From Planctomycetota bacterium (GTDB lineage Bacteria; Planctomycetota; Planctomycetia; Pirellulales; UBA1268): 64,000 nt of DNA. The position numbers and the translations under genes are program-made. How positions within the stretch are numbered: the stretch's first letter is position 1; the number at the start of each line of letters is the position of its first letter. This document shows positions 19,437-32,694 of the stretch, piece after piece. The DNA lies in assembly GCA_018970785.1 (NCBI GenBank), contig JAGWVR010000002.1, positions 1-64,000 of the forward strand, read 5' to 3'. A model generated the notes under the pieces. That model made no database searches, was not told the origin of the DNA, and saw only the letters and a list, made by a program, of their open reading frames with translations.

Positions 19437-20524
19437 CGCGAACGCCGGCGCGGCGGCGGCTCCGTGCCGTCGTCGGCGAGCATCCGCGCGATCCTCCGCC
19501 CCGGTGAGGAGAGCGCCAGACCGGCGAGGTCGGCCACGCTCACCCAGGCCCGCGGCGGGGCCAGCTTGGTTCGCCGCGCGGCACGCCTGACGACGACGCG
19601 CAGCGTGATCCGGTGGTGGGTCACGGTGTAGACGATCCGGCCGATCTCGTGCGGCGGTCCCGGGCGCAGCCCCGCCAGGCCGCTGGCGGGAAGCCGGGGA
19701 AAGTCCCACAACCCCTCCCACCATTCGCCGGGCCGCCGCTGCTCGACGAGGACGTGCTCGGCGTGACGGATCACGAGCGCCGTCTCCTCGCGGACCTCTG
19801 CGGCCCGGGGGCGCGGCAGGCGCGGGATCGAGCCGGTGAGCCCGCCGGCGTGGGCACGGCAGTGCCCGAGCAGCGGACAGCGCGGGCAGCGCGGGGCCCG
19901 GGGCGTGCAGACGGTCGCCCCGAGGTCCATCAGCGCCTGATTGAACGCCCCGGCCCCCCGCGGGGGCACGAGCCGCGCCGCCACCTGCCACAGCGGCTCG
20001 TCGGCCGCGCCGCCGACCTCCGCCCGGTGTCCGACGAGGCGCGCCAGAACACGGCGCGAATTGGCCTCGACGATCGGCGCTGGCTGCCCCAACGCGATCG
20101 AGCGGATCGCTCCGGCGGTGTAGCGACCGATCCCGGGGAGGCGGCGCAGCGCCCCGTCGTCCTCCGGCAGGCGGCCGCCGTGCTCGGCGACGACGACCCG
20201 CGCCGCCGCGTGCAACTGGCGGGCGCGGCGGTAGTAGCCGAGCCCCTCCCAGGCGCGGAGCACCGCCGACTCTTCGGCAGCGGCCAATGCCGAGACCGTG
20301 GGGAAGCTGTCGAGAAACCGCCCGAAGGCGTCGCAGACGCGCTCGACCTGCGTCTGCTGGAGCATCGTCTCGCTGACCCAGACGCGGTACGGGTCGGGGG
20401 CCCGGCGCCAAGGGAGGTCGCGGGCGGTGCGGGCGTACCAGCGCAGAAGCGCCCGCCGCACCGCGGCGATCGCTCGCGCCTCGAGGCCGTCACCCCCCGC
20501 TCGCGCACCGGTCCTTCGCCCCAT
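19379..20524 (-). CDS. mutY: A/G-specific adenine DNA glycosylase
   Basis: Motifs LLRWYARTARDLPWRR and VWVSETMLQQTQV, HhH-GPD region, 4Fe-4S cluster loop CTPRAPRCPRCPLLGHC, Nudix-like C-terminal domain. ATG at 20524. The upstream 213 residues of ORF 19379..21163 are artefactual. Confidence 0.85.
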   Translation of the reverse strand: MGRRTGARAGGDGLEARAIAAVRRALLRWYARTARDLPWRRAPDPYRVWVSETMLQQTQVERVCDAFGRFLDSFPTVSALAAAEESAVLRAWEGLGYYRRARQLHAAARVVVAEHGGRLPEDDGALRRLPGIGRYTAGAIRSIALGQPAPIVEANSRRVLARLVGHRAEVGGAADEPLWQVAARLVPPRGAGAFNQALMDLGATVCTPRAPRCPRCPLLGHCRAHAGGLTGSIPRLPRPRAAEVREETALVIRHAEHVLVEQRRPGEWWEGLWDFPRLPASGLAGLRPGPPHEIGRIVYTVTHHRITLRVVVRRAARRTKLAPPRAWVSVADLAGLALSSPGRRIARMLADDGTEPPPRRRSRYVPAPGTTSSSAREKKRA

Positions 20525-20630
20525 CGGCCCGCTCCTGCCCCGGCACCGTCGGTCGCCTGGGCGCGGAGTGTAGTCTGGATGGCAGCCGGCCCGCGCTCCG
20601 CGCGCCGGGTGCTTCCCCCACGATCGCCCG

Positions 20631-21170
20631 ATGCCCGACGATTCCCGCAAGCGACGACGCACCCCCGACGGCCTGCGCCTCGCGCGCCGCGACCTGCCCA
20701 CCGGGGTGGCGTATGAGCTCGTCCACCCGCGCTGCGCCCGCCGGCGGCGCGAGGACCTCGAGGAGGTCGAGGCGATGCTCGATGCCGGCGAGGAGGAGAT
20801 CGCCCGCGAGGAGCTCGTCTGGCTGCTGTCGGAGTGCCCCGATTTCCTCGACGCCCACGTCCACCTCGGCTTGATCGCGCTGGGCGAGGGGGATCTGCGC
20901 CTCGCGCGCGGCCACTTCGGCCGCGGCTGCGAACTGGTGTTTCGCGTGCTCGACGCGGCGGGTGAAGCCCGGCCGTTGCCCCACGCGCTCCCCGGCAACC
21001 GGCCGTTCTTCGAGGCCGCCAAGGGGCTCGTCCATTGCCTCGTCCGCGGCGGGCGGAAAACGCTCGCGCGCGACACCGTGACCCGGGTCGTCGCCCTCGA
21101 CCCGGCCGATCCCCTGGCGATCGCCCGGCTGCTCGACGAGCCGCCGGGCGACCGGAAAACCACCTGGTAG
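20631..21170 (+). CDS. Hypothetical helical protein, 179 aa, immediately upstream of tmk
   Basis: High-GC3 ORF, no recognised motif. A 1-nt gap to tmk suggests co-transcription. Confidence 0.45.
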   Translation: MPDDSRKRRRTPDGLRLARRDLPTGVAYELVHPRCARRRREDLEEVEAMLDAGEEEIAREELVWLLSECPDFLDAHVHLGLIALGEGDLRLARGHFGRGCELVFRVLDAAGEARPLPHALPGNRPFFEAAKGLVHCLVRGGRKTLARDTVTRVVALDPADPLAIARLLDEPPGDRKTTW

Positions 21171-21171
21171 G

Positions 21172-21861
21172 ATGGCCGCCGCCATGGACGAACCAGGCCG
21201 GTTCATCGTGCTCGAGGGGATCGACGGCGCGGGGAAGTCGTCGCAGCTTCCGGCGCTCGTCGAGTGGCTGCAGAACACGGGGCGCCGGGTCGTCACCTGC
21301 CGTGACCCCGGGTCGACCGCCACCGGCGACGCGATCCGCCGGATCCTTCTCGACGACACCGGCATCGCCGTCGCGCCGACGGCCGAGATGCTGCTGTACA
21401 TGGCGGCCCGGGCACAGCTCGTCGCCGAGGTCGTGCGGCCGGCGCTGGCGGCGGGCACGTGGGTCGTGTCGGACAGGTTCCTCCCCGCCAACGTCGTCTA
21501 CCAGGGGCACGCCGGCGGCCTCGATGCGGAGGTCGTGCGCCGCGTCGGTGCGGTCGCCACCGGCGGCCTCGAGCCCGACCTCGTCGTGCTCCTCGCGATC
21601 GATGCCGCCACGGCCCGCGCCCGGCTCACGCGCCCGCTCGACAAGCTCGAGTCGCGCGGCGAGGACTATCGCGCCAGGCTCGTGGCCGGGTACGCCGCGG
21701 AGGCCCGTCGCGATCCGGACCGGTTCGCCGTCGTCGACGCCCGGCGGCCACCGGACGCCGTCGCCTCCGCCATCCGCGCGGTGATCACGGAGCGGTTCGG
21801 CAGCGGCACGGCGGGGGCGGAACGGGCGCGGAGCGGCAGTCCCGTGCCGGAGCGCCGATGA
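21172..21861 (+). CDS. tmk: Thymidylate kinase
   Basis: P-loop FIVLEGIDGAGKSSQ, DRF motif, LID region. Alternative start at 21184. Its stop overlaps the holB ATG. Confidence 0.85.
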   Translation: MAAAMDEPGRFIVLEGIDGAGKSSQLPALVEWLQNTGRRVVTCRDPGSTATGDAIRRILLDDTGIAVAPTAEMLLYMAARAQLVAEVVRPALAAGTWVVSDRFLPANVVYQGHAGGLDAEVVRRVGAVATGGLEPDLVVLLAIDAATARARLTRPLDKLESRGEDYRARLVAGYAAEARRDPDRFAVVDARRPPDAVASAIRAVITERFGSGTAGAERARSGSPVPERR

Positions 21862-22919
21862 GCTGGCAGGGGATCGAGGGGCACGACGCCGTCGTCGCGC
21901 GGCTGGCCGCCGCGGCCACCGCCGGGCGGATCGGCGGCGCGTACCTGTTCGTCGGTCCGGCCGGCATCGGCAAGGAGCGGTTCGCCCTGGCACTGGCCAA
22001 GGCCCTCCAGTGCCGGTCGTGCGCGGCCGGGCTCGTGCCCTGCGGTGTCTGCCCGTCGTGCGTGCAGGCCGATGCCGGCAGCCATCCCGACATCGACGTC
22101 GTCCGCAAACCGGAGGACAAGGCGACGATTCCGCTCGAGTCGTTGATCGGCGACGACGAGCATCGGATGCGCGACGGCCTCTGCTGGCGCCTGCTCCTCA
22201 AGCCGATCGTCGGGCCGCGCCGGGTGGCGATCCTCCTCGACGCCGACCACCTCGCCGTCGAGGGGGCCAACTGCCTGCTGAAGACGCTCGAGGAGCCCCC
22301 CCCCGGCGCCGTCGTGATCCTCGTGGGCAGCGCGGTCGAACGGCAACTGCCGACGATCCGCTCGCGATGCCAGATCGTCCGGTTCGCCCCGCTCCCCGAC
22401 GCGACGGTCGCCGCGCTGCTCCGCCGGCTCCGCGACGAGGGGCGCGTGGCCACCGTGGCCGACGAGGTGCTCGCCGAGATCGCCAGCCGTTCCGGGGGCA
22501 GCGTCGCCCGGGGTTGCGAGTTGGCCGACCCCGCGCTCGCCGACACCCGGCGCAGGATCGTCGACCTGCTCGGGCGGCGGCCGCTGCAGGGCGTCGAACT
22601 GGCGCGTGAGACGCTCGCGGCCGCCGAAGCCGCCGGCAAGGACGCCGCCCCGCGCCGTCAGCGACTCAAGCTCCTCTTCGAGGGCGCGGTCGACTTCTAC
22701 CGGTCGGCGCTGCGGTCGAGCGTGACTGCCGAGGGCGGGCCGACGCCCGACCTGGCCCGGGCGGTCGCCGCCTGGAACGGCGCCACCGACGAGGCGGCCG
22801 CCTGCCTCCAGCACACGCTCGATGCGATCGCGGCGGTCGATCACAACGCCCACCTGCCGACGCTCGTCGATGCCTGGAGCGCCGCGCTCGAAAGCCCGTA
22901 CTCCGCCCGTCTTGCCTGA
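21858..22919 (+). CDS. holB: DNA polymerase III delta-prime subunit
   Basis: AAA+ Walker A variant GPAGIGK, zinc module CRSCAAGLVPCGVCPSC, SRC motif RSRCQIV. Start MSWQGIEGHD at 21858 overlaps the tmk stop (ATGA). The 133 upstream residues of ORF 21459.. are artefactual. Confidence 0.8.
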   Translation: MSWQGIEGHDAVVARLAAAATAGRIGGAYLFVGPAGIGKERFALALAKALQCRSCAAGLVPCGVCPSCVQADAGSHPDIDVVRKPEDKATIPLESLIGDDEHRMRDGLCWRLLLKPIVGPRRVAILLDADHLAVEGANCLLKTLEEPPPGAVVILVGSAVERQLPTIRSRCQIVRFAPLPDATVAALLRRLRDEGRVATVADEVLAEIASRSGGSVARGCELADPALADTRRRIVDLLGRRPLQGVELARETLAAAEAAGKDAAPRRQRLKLLFEGAVDFYRSALRSSVTAEGGPTPDLARAVAAWNGATDEAAACLQHTLDAIAAVDHNAHLPTLVDAWSAALESPYSARLA

Positions 22920-23096
22920 TCGGCACGTCCGCGCCGCCGGCAGGGTCGCTGTGGATTCTCCCGCCGGGGGTGCCCCGGCCGGCGTGGGCACGGCGGCACG
23001 ATTCCCGTCGGCCGGATGACGATTTCTCTCGGGGTGGAGGCGGCGGGTGGAGTCCGCGCCGGCGGAGTCCCCTCCCCCCGGTCGGGTTTCCTCGGC

Positions 23097-25667
23097 ATGC
23101 GCGTCACGTTTTCCCGTCGCATCGTCGCGTCCGGCGTCTGTGCGGCGCTGGTCGCGCTGGTCGGCGTCGCCTCCCGTGGCCGGGAGCCGACGGCCGAGCC
23201 CTTCCTGCGCGACGGTCGCGGGGCGCCCACTGAAGCGACCCTCGGAGCCCGCGCGGCGCTCGTGCCCCTTCCCCATCTCTGGCCGCGCACCACGGGCAGT
23301 CTGGCGAGGATGGCGGCAGCGCTGCCGTTCACGACCCCGGCTCCGCGCCCGGCGAACGGCCCGGCGCTCCTCCAGCCCGAACGACAGACCGCGCCGACCG
23401 TCACGCTGCCGGCGGCCCCGGCTCTCCCCGATCAGCCTTCCCCGGCGGCCGGTGCCAGTGCCACGCCGCCGCAGACACCCGCGCCGGCCAGCGGCGCCGC
23501 TGCCCGCCCGCGCCGCATCGATCGGGCCGTCCGTGCCGTCCAGTTCGTCAAGCCTGCGGCGGAGCCCACGGCGGACGAGCCGGCGCCGCTCCCGCTCCCC
23601 GGGACCGTCGCCGCCCCCGCCCAGGGTGCCGTCGCCGAGCCGGCCGAGGGAACGCCACGGCGCGGCCCGGTCGCCGCGTGGATCACCGGCGCGCGCGGAG
23701 GGCGTGACGGCGTGGCGAGCGCACCGGTGCCAGCGCCGTTGGCGGTCGGCAGCCGTCTCGGCGAGCGCCTCCGCGCGGCGGAGCGCAATCTGTCGGACCG
23801 TCTCGCCGCGCTGCGGAGCAGCACCACCGCGGAGCCTCCGGTGAGCGACGGCCTCCCCGAGCCCGGCGGCTGGCCGCGTCCAGTCGCGCTCCACGCGCAG
23901 CTCGCTCTCGTCCGCCAAGAAGCCGCCGAGCCGGTCGCCGAATGGGTCGACGACACGCGCTCGTCGCTCGATCTCGTCGCCGCCACGGCCGGCCCCGCCG
24001 ACGCGCTCGCTGCCGAGCCACTGGCGCTCCTCGGCGAGGCGCCGGCAGCCGGTCTCCGCGTCGCCGACACGCTCTCCGATCCGACCCGGGCGGCGGCGCT
24101 GCGCCGGGCGGCGCTGGCGGTCTCGCGGCGGGGGACCGTCTGGCGGGCGGCGGCACTGGTACGCCAGGCGACGGGCCTGGCGCCGGGCGAGGCCGAGCGC
24201 TGCGAGGCGGAGACCGAGCGGCTCCTCGACGCCCTCGAACGCTTCGAGGCGACACAATCACCGATCGACGGCCAGACCGCGAGCCTCGCCCTCGCCGCGC
24301 TCGCCGGCCTCTCCCACGCCGAACCGCGCCGGCTGGCCGCCGCCGCCCGCGACCACTACGCCGCCGCCAACCTCCGCGTCGCCGTCCACCGCAGCCTCGT
24401 CGAGCGCCTCCTCCCCGACGCCGAGGTCGACCGCGGCGTGGTCGACGACACGATCCTCGGTCGTCAGGTCCGCGGCCGCCGCACGGTGGAACGGACCACC
24501 GGGCTGCGGTTCGTGCCCGATCCCGACGAGCTGTCGTTCGACATCGAGGTCCGCGGCCACGTCGAGTCGCAGACGGTCACCGAGTCCGGGCCGGTGGCGC
24601 TCTCGTCGCGCGGCGTCAGCGCGTTCACGGTCCACAAGCCGGTGAAGCTGTCGTCGACCGGGCTCCTGTTCGGTGCCGCGCACGGGGTCGCCAGCAACCG
24701 CTCGCAGCTGGCGGGGATCGAGACGAGCTTCGACTCGGTGCCGCTGATGCGCGGGCTGGTGCGGACGATGGCCCGCAACCAGCACGACGACAATCTCCCC
24801 GAGGCCAACCGCGAGGTCGTCGACAAGATCGTCTCTCAGGCCTGCCGCGAGGTCGACCGCAAGGCGGAGCAGCAGTTCGTCGACGCCTCGCAGCGGATCC
24901 GCGGCGCGGTGTGGACGCCGCTGGTGAAGCTCGGCCTCGAGCCGACGCCGGTGGGGATGGAGACCACGGCCGACCTGGCGACGCTCCGCCTGCGCCTCGC
25001 CGCCGCCGGCCAGCTCGCCGCCCACACGCCGCGGCCGCGCGGCCCGGACGACGCCCTGTTCGCCCTCCAACTCCACGAGTCGGCGCTCAACAACGCGTTC
25101 GACCGCTTCGGCCTGGCCGGCCGCCGGCTGGCGCTCGAGGACCTGTTCCGTTTGCTGGCCGAGAAGGTGGGGCGTGAGCCGCAGCTTCCCGACGACCTCC
25201 CCGAGGGGGTGACGGTGGCATTCGCCGCGAGCCAGCCGCTCCGTGTCGGCTTCCGCGACGGTCTGGTCCACCTGCGGATGGCGCTCGACGCGATCGAGAG
25301 CGGCCGCCGCGACTGGTACGACGTCGTCGTCCAGGTCGCCTACCGCCCCCGTGCCGGCTCGATGCAGGTGTTCCTCGACCGCGAGGGGCCGGTGCAGCTC
25401 TCGGGGCCGGGCCACCAGGGGCGGATCGAGATCGCGCTGCGGACGATCTTCGGGAAGGTGTTTCCGAAGGAGCGGCCGATCGCGCTGGTGCCGCCGCAGG
25501 TCCAGGATCATCCGAAGCTCGCCGGGATGCCGGTTGCCCAGCTGGCGGTCACCGACGGCTGGCTGGCCTTCGCCCTGGCCGCCCCTCCGGCGGCCACCCC
25601 GGCGCCGGCGACGGCCGCGGCACCGCAAGCGCCCGACAAGCCGGCACGGCGCCTGCTCGTGCGCTGA
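23097..25667 (+). CDS. Large secreted hypothetical protein, 856 aa, with a Pro/Ala-rich linker
   Basis: Signal peptide MRVTFSRRIVASGVCAALVALVGVA at ATG 23097. Long high-GC3 ORF. No recognisable catalytic motif. Confidence 0.5.
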   Translation: MRVTFSRRIVASGVCAALVALVGVASRGREPTAEPFLRDGRGAPTEATLGARAALVPLPHLWPRTTGSLARMAAALPFTTPAPRPANGPALLQPERQTAPTVTLPAAPALPDQPSPAAGASATPPQTPAPASGAAARPRRIDRAVRAVQFVKPAAEPTADEPAPLPLPGTVAAPAQGAVAEPAEGTPRRGPVAAWITGARGGRDGVASAPVPAPLAVGSRLGERLRAAERNLSDRLAALRSSTTAEPPVSDGLPEPGGWPRPVALHAQLALVRQEAAEPVAEWVDDTRSSLDLVAATAGPADALAAEPLALLGEAPAAGLRVADTLSDPTRAAALRRAALAVSRRGTVWRAAALVRQATGLAPGEAERCEAETERLLDALERFEATQSPIDGQTASLALAALAGLSHAEPRRLAAAARDHYAAANLRVAVHRSLVERLLPDAEVDRGVVDDTILGRQVRGRRTVERTTGLRFVPDPDELSFDIEVRGHVESQTVTESGPVALSSRGVSAFTVHKPVKLSSTGLLFGAAHGVASNRSQLAGIETSFDSVPLMRGLVRTMARNQHDDNLPEANREVVDKIVSQACREVDRKAEQQFVDASQRIRGAVWTPLVKLGLEPTPVGMETTADLATLRLRLAAAGQLAAHTPRPRGPDDALFALQLHESALNNAFDRFGLAGRRLALEDLFRLLAEKVGREPQLPDDLPEGVTVAFAASQPLRVGFRDGLVHLRMALDAIESGRRDWYDVVVQVAYRPRAGSMQVFLDREGPVQLSGPGHQGRIEIALRTIFGKVFPKERPIALVPPQVQDHPKLAGMPVAQLAVTDGWLAFALAAPPAATPAPATAAAPQAPDKPARRLLVR

Positions 25668-25878
25668 ACGTCGGTGGACAAAGCCGGCGATGGCGATTGA
25701 TCCCACCGCCTTCGCAGTGCGCTCCTCACCTCCGGCGTCCTTCGTGGGTGGATCGACCACTGGCCATCGCTTGCGGCGACCGATCTGCCGTCGCTACCCT
25801 GGGGCCCTCGAGCATGTGGCGTACTGATGCTCCCGGGAGTGCCGCGATCCCCTCACATTCGGTCGACACTGTCCGAGT

Positions 25879-26946
25879 GTGGCCCCCCCAATGACGACCA
25901 GACCCCGGATTGCCTACGTCGATCACTCGTACCACGAGAAGACGCGCTCCACGTGGTTTCTCGTCGAGTTGCTGCGGACCGTCGCCGATGTCGACGTCTT
26001 CTGGGACGAGAGCTGGAAGTCGGGAAGCGACGTTTTCGTCGAGGTCGCCCGCAACCGGTACGACGCGATCGTCCTCTTTCAAAACTACGACCGCTTCGAC
26101 TACGAAGCGTTCCGGACGCGCGGGCTGACGAACGTCACGATCATCCCGATGTACGACCAGAGCGGCACCGTGCCGCTGAGCTCGTGGTTCCGGCACCGTC
26201 ACGCCAAGGTGCTCAATTTCTCCGCGACGCTGCACGCCCGGGTCCAATGGCTCGGCCTGCGTTCATTGTACGTGCAGTACTACCAGCCGCTGCCCGCCGC
26301 GCTACCGCCTCTCCCCGGCGGGGGAACCGCGCGGTTGGCAGAATCGGGGCTCGCCTTCCACTGGCAGCGCCGCCGTGAGGTGCCGTGGAAAACCGCGCTG
26401 AGACTGCTCGGTGACCAGCCCGTGAAGCAGATCCACATCCATGGCGCGGCGGATCCCGGACAGTCGTTCGAGCCCCCTTCGGATGACGACTCGCGGCGTC
26501 TGGGCATCACCGTCTCGACCTGGTTCGAGACCAAGGACGAGTACTTGCGCCTCGTGCGCGACTGCGACGTGTTCTTCGCCCCGCGGGTCGCCGAGGGAAT
26601 CGGCCAGTCGTTCATCGAGGCGTTGGGGCTGGGGAAATGCGTCGTCGCCCCCGACCGGCCGACGATGAATGAGTACATCACGGACGGTGTCGACGGGCTG
26701 CTCTACGATCCCTCCGATCCGCGGCCTCTCGACTTCACCAGGATCGACGAGATCCGTACGGCCGCACGGCAGCGCTACGAGGCGGGATTGCAACGGTGGA
26801 ACGGCCAGTCCGCCGAGCAGGTGATCCGGTTCGTCCTCGACGAAACGCCGCCGACCGGCCCCTCACGGCTCTTCATGGCGCTGATCCGGGCCCACGACCT
26901 CGGCTGGCGCGTGATCCGGAAGCTGAGCAGCCCGTGGAAAAAGTGA
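25879..26946 (+). CDS. Glycosyltransferase, GT4-like (C-terminal GT-B Rossmann domain), 355 aa
   Basis: EX7E motif EGIGQSFIEAL and GKCVVAPDRPTMNEYITDGVDGLLYDP, typical of retaining GT4 enzymes. Alternative start at 25891. Confidence 0.6.
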   Translation: MAPPMTTRPRIAYVDHSYHEKTRSTWFLVELLRTVADVDVFWDESWKSGSDVFVEVARNRYDAIVLFQNYDRFDYEAFRTRGLTNVTIIPMYDQSGTVPLSSWFRHRHAKVLNFSATLHARVQWLGLRSLYVQYYQPLPAALPPLPGGGTARLAESGLAFHWQRRREVPWKTALRLLGDQPVKQIHIHGAADPGQSFEPPSDDDSRRLGITVSTWFETKDEYLRLVRDCDVFFAPRVAEGIGQSFIEALGLGKCVVAPDRPTMNEYITDGVDGLLYDPSDPRPLDFTRIDEIRTAARQRYEAGLQRWNGQSAEQVIRFVLDETPPTGPSRLFMALIRAHDLGWRVIRKLSSPWKK

Positions 26947-27046
26947 CCGGCCGCCGGATGCGGCCGACTGCGACCCGGGAAACCCTCGGCGTTTCCCGCG
27001 GTCGCCTGGGTGGACAGGGGCCAGGGAGGGCTTTGCCCACGGACAG

Positions 27047-28003
27047 CTAGCGCGACTCCCAGTACTGAAGCAGATCCTCGAGCCCCTGCTCCAGTGAGAT
27101 CGTCTGCCGCCACCCGGTGGCGTGTCGCAATTTGGCGTTCGAGCCGATCACCACCCGGTTTTCCCGGGGTCGAACGAGTTCGGGATTTTGACGTGTGCGA
27201 ACCGCGGTGCCGGCGAGTCGCGCAAGGATCCCGATCACTTCCTCGAGCGAATGCCCCGTACCGGAGCAGACGTTGTACACGTCTCCCTTGCGCCCCTTCT
27301 CGAACAGCAGCAGATAGGCGCTCACGACGTCGCGAACATCGATGAAGTCGCGGATCACGCCGATGTCGCCGGTGTCGAGCACGACATCCCCACCGGCACG
27401 GCGCTGCCTCACGATCTGGGAGGCGAACGACGCGAGCACGAAGTTGTCTCGCTGATGGGGCCCGAAGTGGTTGAAGGAGCGCGTCAGGATGATGTCGAGC
27501 CCGAGTGCGTCGACGTACAGCTTCGACAGCAACTCCTGGCTGACTCGCGAGACGGCATAGGGACTGGTCGGACGCAGCGGGGCGGCTTCGGTCAGCGGCA
27601 GGTCGACCGCGTCGACATCCCCATACTCTTCCGACGAACCGATCGAGAGTATCCGGCAGGGGGCGTCAGCCGACCGCACCGCCTCGAGCAAGTGAAGGAA
27701 GATTCCCGTGTTGTTCTGGAACGACTCGTCGGGGCTGCGCCAACTCGCGGCGACACTGCTGAACGACGCCAGGTTGAGCACGTAGTCGGGCCGGATCTCC
27801 CTGACCGTGTCGACGAGGCGTTCTTTCTGGAGCAGGTCGAAACGCCGGTACTCGATGGTGACCGCGGGCGTCGAAGCGACGGCGAGGAACGGGTCATCCT
27901 TGTCGAGCGCATGGATGCGGCACGGAGCACCTCTCGATACGAGCCGCTCGAGAAAGTGGTAGGCGACGAATCCAGACCCGCCGGTGATCAGGTAGGTCGT
28001 CAT
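27047..28003 (-). CDS. NAD-dependent sugar-nucleotide epimerase/dehydratase (GDP-sugar dehydratase/reductase-like SDR), 318 aa
   Basis: Rossmann motif ITGGSGFVAYHF and extended-SDR active-site region SPYAVSRVSQELL. The real start MTTYLITGG at 28003 is the C-terminal 318 aa of composite ORF 27047..29575. Confidence 0.7.
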   Translation of the reverse strand: MTTYLITGGSGFVAYHFLERLVSRGAPCRIHALDKDDPFLAVASTPAVTIEYRRFDLLQKERLVDTVREIRPDYVLNLASFSSVAASWRSPDESFQNNTGIFLHLLEAVRSADAPCRILSIGSSEEYGDVDAVDLPLTEAAPLRPTSPYAVSRVSQELLSKLYVDALGLDIILTRSFNHFGPHQRDNFVLASFASQIVRQRRAGGDVVLDTGDIGVIRDFIDVRDVVSAYLLLFEKGRKGDVYNVCSGTGHSLEEVIGILARLAGTAVRTRQNPELVRPRENRVVIGSNAKLRHATGWRQTISLEQGLEDLLQYWESR

Positions 28004-28276
28004 GCCACTGCGCACCACAGCCGCGCCGCGGCGGACCGCCGGGAGGGCCAAGAAAAACCGTGCGAATTGCGGGTCTTCGCCGTATTGAAGAGTCTTGCCA
28101 TGCCTCTGTCCAGCGCGGTGCGACCCGAGCCGTGAATCAACGGTCCAACGTCCCCAGCCCGTAACCGGCCCGCACGAGCCGACCCGCCACTCGGTCACCT
28201 CGGCCTCCGGCTTGCAGACGGACCTCACCGCAGGACAATCGCTGCCTTTCTCACTCCGCTTCCGGGAATCCAGCCG

Positions 28277-29686
28277 ATGGCCAACTCCGCGACCCGTACC
28301 GAATCCGACAGCATGGGCACGATCGAGGTGCCCGCCGACCGCTACTGGGGGGCGCAGACCGAGCGCTCGCGGGAAAACTTCCGGATCGGCGTCGATCGGT
28401 TCCGCTGGGGGCGGCCGGTGATCCGGGCGCTGGGGATCCTCAAGAAGGCGGCAGCGCTGGCCAACGGCGAGCTCGGCCAGCTCCCCGCCGCGACCGTCGA
28501 CCTGATCGTCCGCGCCGCCGACGAGGTGATCGCCGGGAAGCTCGACGACCACTTTCCGCTGGTCGTCTTCCAGACCGGCAGCGGGACGCAGTCGAACATG
28601 AACGCCAACGAGGTGATCTCCAACCGGGCGATCGAGATGGCCGGCGGCACGATGGGCTCGAAGAAGCCGGTCCACCCCAACGACGACGTCAACCGCGGCC
28701 AGTCGTCGAACGACACCTTCCCCACGGCGATGCACGTCGCCGCGGTCGAGGTGATCCACGCCCGGCTGCTCCCGGCCGTGCGCCAGCTCCGCGACGTCTT
28801 CCTCCGCCTCGAGAAGCAGCACGCCGACCTGGTCAAGATCGGCCGCACGCACCTCCAGGACGCCACGCCGATCACGCTCGGGCAGGAGATCTCGAGCTGG
28901 CGGGCCCAGCTCGACGACCGGATCGCGGTGCTCGAACGGAGCCTGCCCGGGCTCCATTCCCTGGCGATCGGCGGCACGGCGGTCGGCACCGGCCTCAACG
29001 CCCACCCGCGCTTCGGCGACGTGGCGGCGGCGTTCATCGCGCGCGAGACCGGCCACCCGTTCGTGTCGGCGGCCAACAAGTTCGCCGCGCTGTCGGCCCA
29101 CGACGCGCTGATCGATTCGAGCGCCGCCGAGCGCGGCCTGGCGATGGCCCTCTACAAGATCGCCAACGACATCCGTTGGCTCGCCAGCGGGCCGCGCTGC
29201 GGGATCGGCGAGATCACGATCCCGGAGAACGAGCCGGGGAGCTCGATCATGCCGGGCAAGGTCAACCCGACGCAGTGCGAGGCGCTGACGATGGTCTGCG
29301 CCCAGGTGTTCGGCAACGACGCGGCCGTCGCCTTCGCCGGTGGGCAGGGCAATTTCCAGCTCAACGTCTACAAGCCGGTGATGATCCACAACGTGCTCGA
29401 GAGCGCCGAATTGCTGGCCGACGCCTGCGACTCGATGCGGATCCACTGCGCCGAGGGGATCGAGCCGAACCGTGCGCGGATCGAGCACCACCTCGACGAT
29501 TCGCTGATGCTCGTCACCGCCCTCAACACCCACATCGGCTACGAGAAGGCGGCGACGATTGCCAAGAAGGCGCACAAGGAGGGGACGAGCCTCGAGCAGG
29601 CAGCCGTCGCCCTCGGCTACGTGACCCCCGAGCAGTACCGGCAGTGGGTCGTGCCGGTGGAGATGACGCGGCCGCTGAAGTCGTGA
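28277..29686 (+). CDS. fumC: Fumarate hydratase class II
   Basis: Signature [16 protein letters not shown]. Full-length 469 aa aspartase/fumarase-family alignment. Confidence 0.9.
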   Translation: MANSATRTESDSMGTIEVPADRYWGAQTERSRENFRIGVDRFRWGRPVIRALGILKKAAALANGELGQLPAATVDLIVRAADEVIAGKLDDHFPLVVFQTGSGTQSNMNANEVISNRAIEMAGGTMGSKKPVHPNDDVNRGQSSNDTFPTAMHVAAVEVIHARLLPAVRQLRDVFLRLEKQHADLVKIGRTHLQDATPITLGQEISSWRAQLDDRIAVLERSLPGLHSLAIGGTAVGTGLNAHPRFGDVAAAFIARETGHPFVSAANKFAALSAHDALIDSSAAERGLAMALYKIANDIRWLASGPRCGIGEITIPENEPGSSIMPGKVNPTQCEALTMVCAQVFGNDAAVAFAGGQGNFQLNVYKPVMIHNVLESAELLADACDSMRIHCAEGIEPNRARIEHHLDDSLMLVTALNTHIGYEKAATIAKKAHKEGTSLEQAAVALGYVTPEQYRQWVVPVEMTRPLKS

Positions 29687-29890
29687 GCCGGGCGCCGGGC
29701 CGACGCGCGGGCGACGGCGGAGGGGTTGCGCGAGTTCCTGCCCGGGGCGGGACGAAAGTCGCCCGCGGTCCGGGTGGCCCGTCGGCGCGCTACATCAGCC
29801 GCGATCGCGGACACGTCCGCGCACCGTCGGCCCCTGGCTCGTCCAGGGCATCCGCAACCCGCTCCGCCGATCCCGTGTTGGATGCGACCG

Positions 29891-32592
<2,702 letters not shown>

Positions 32593-32694
32593 CCAAGGCC
32601 TGGAGTGCGTTGAGTTTCCGGGCGGCGCGGCCTACCATCTGCCCGGGTCCGGGGACGTTCGCCGGTCACGCTCGGCACAGAGGGGGGAACAGCA

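Noticed and set aside
29687-29890. Imperfect GC-rich inverted repeats between the convergent fumC and glnB genes as bidirectional terminators
   Set aside because: The stems are imperfect (6 of 10 matches in the best case) with no U-tract. This cannot be distinguished from chance in GC-rich DNA.
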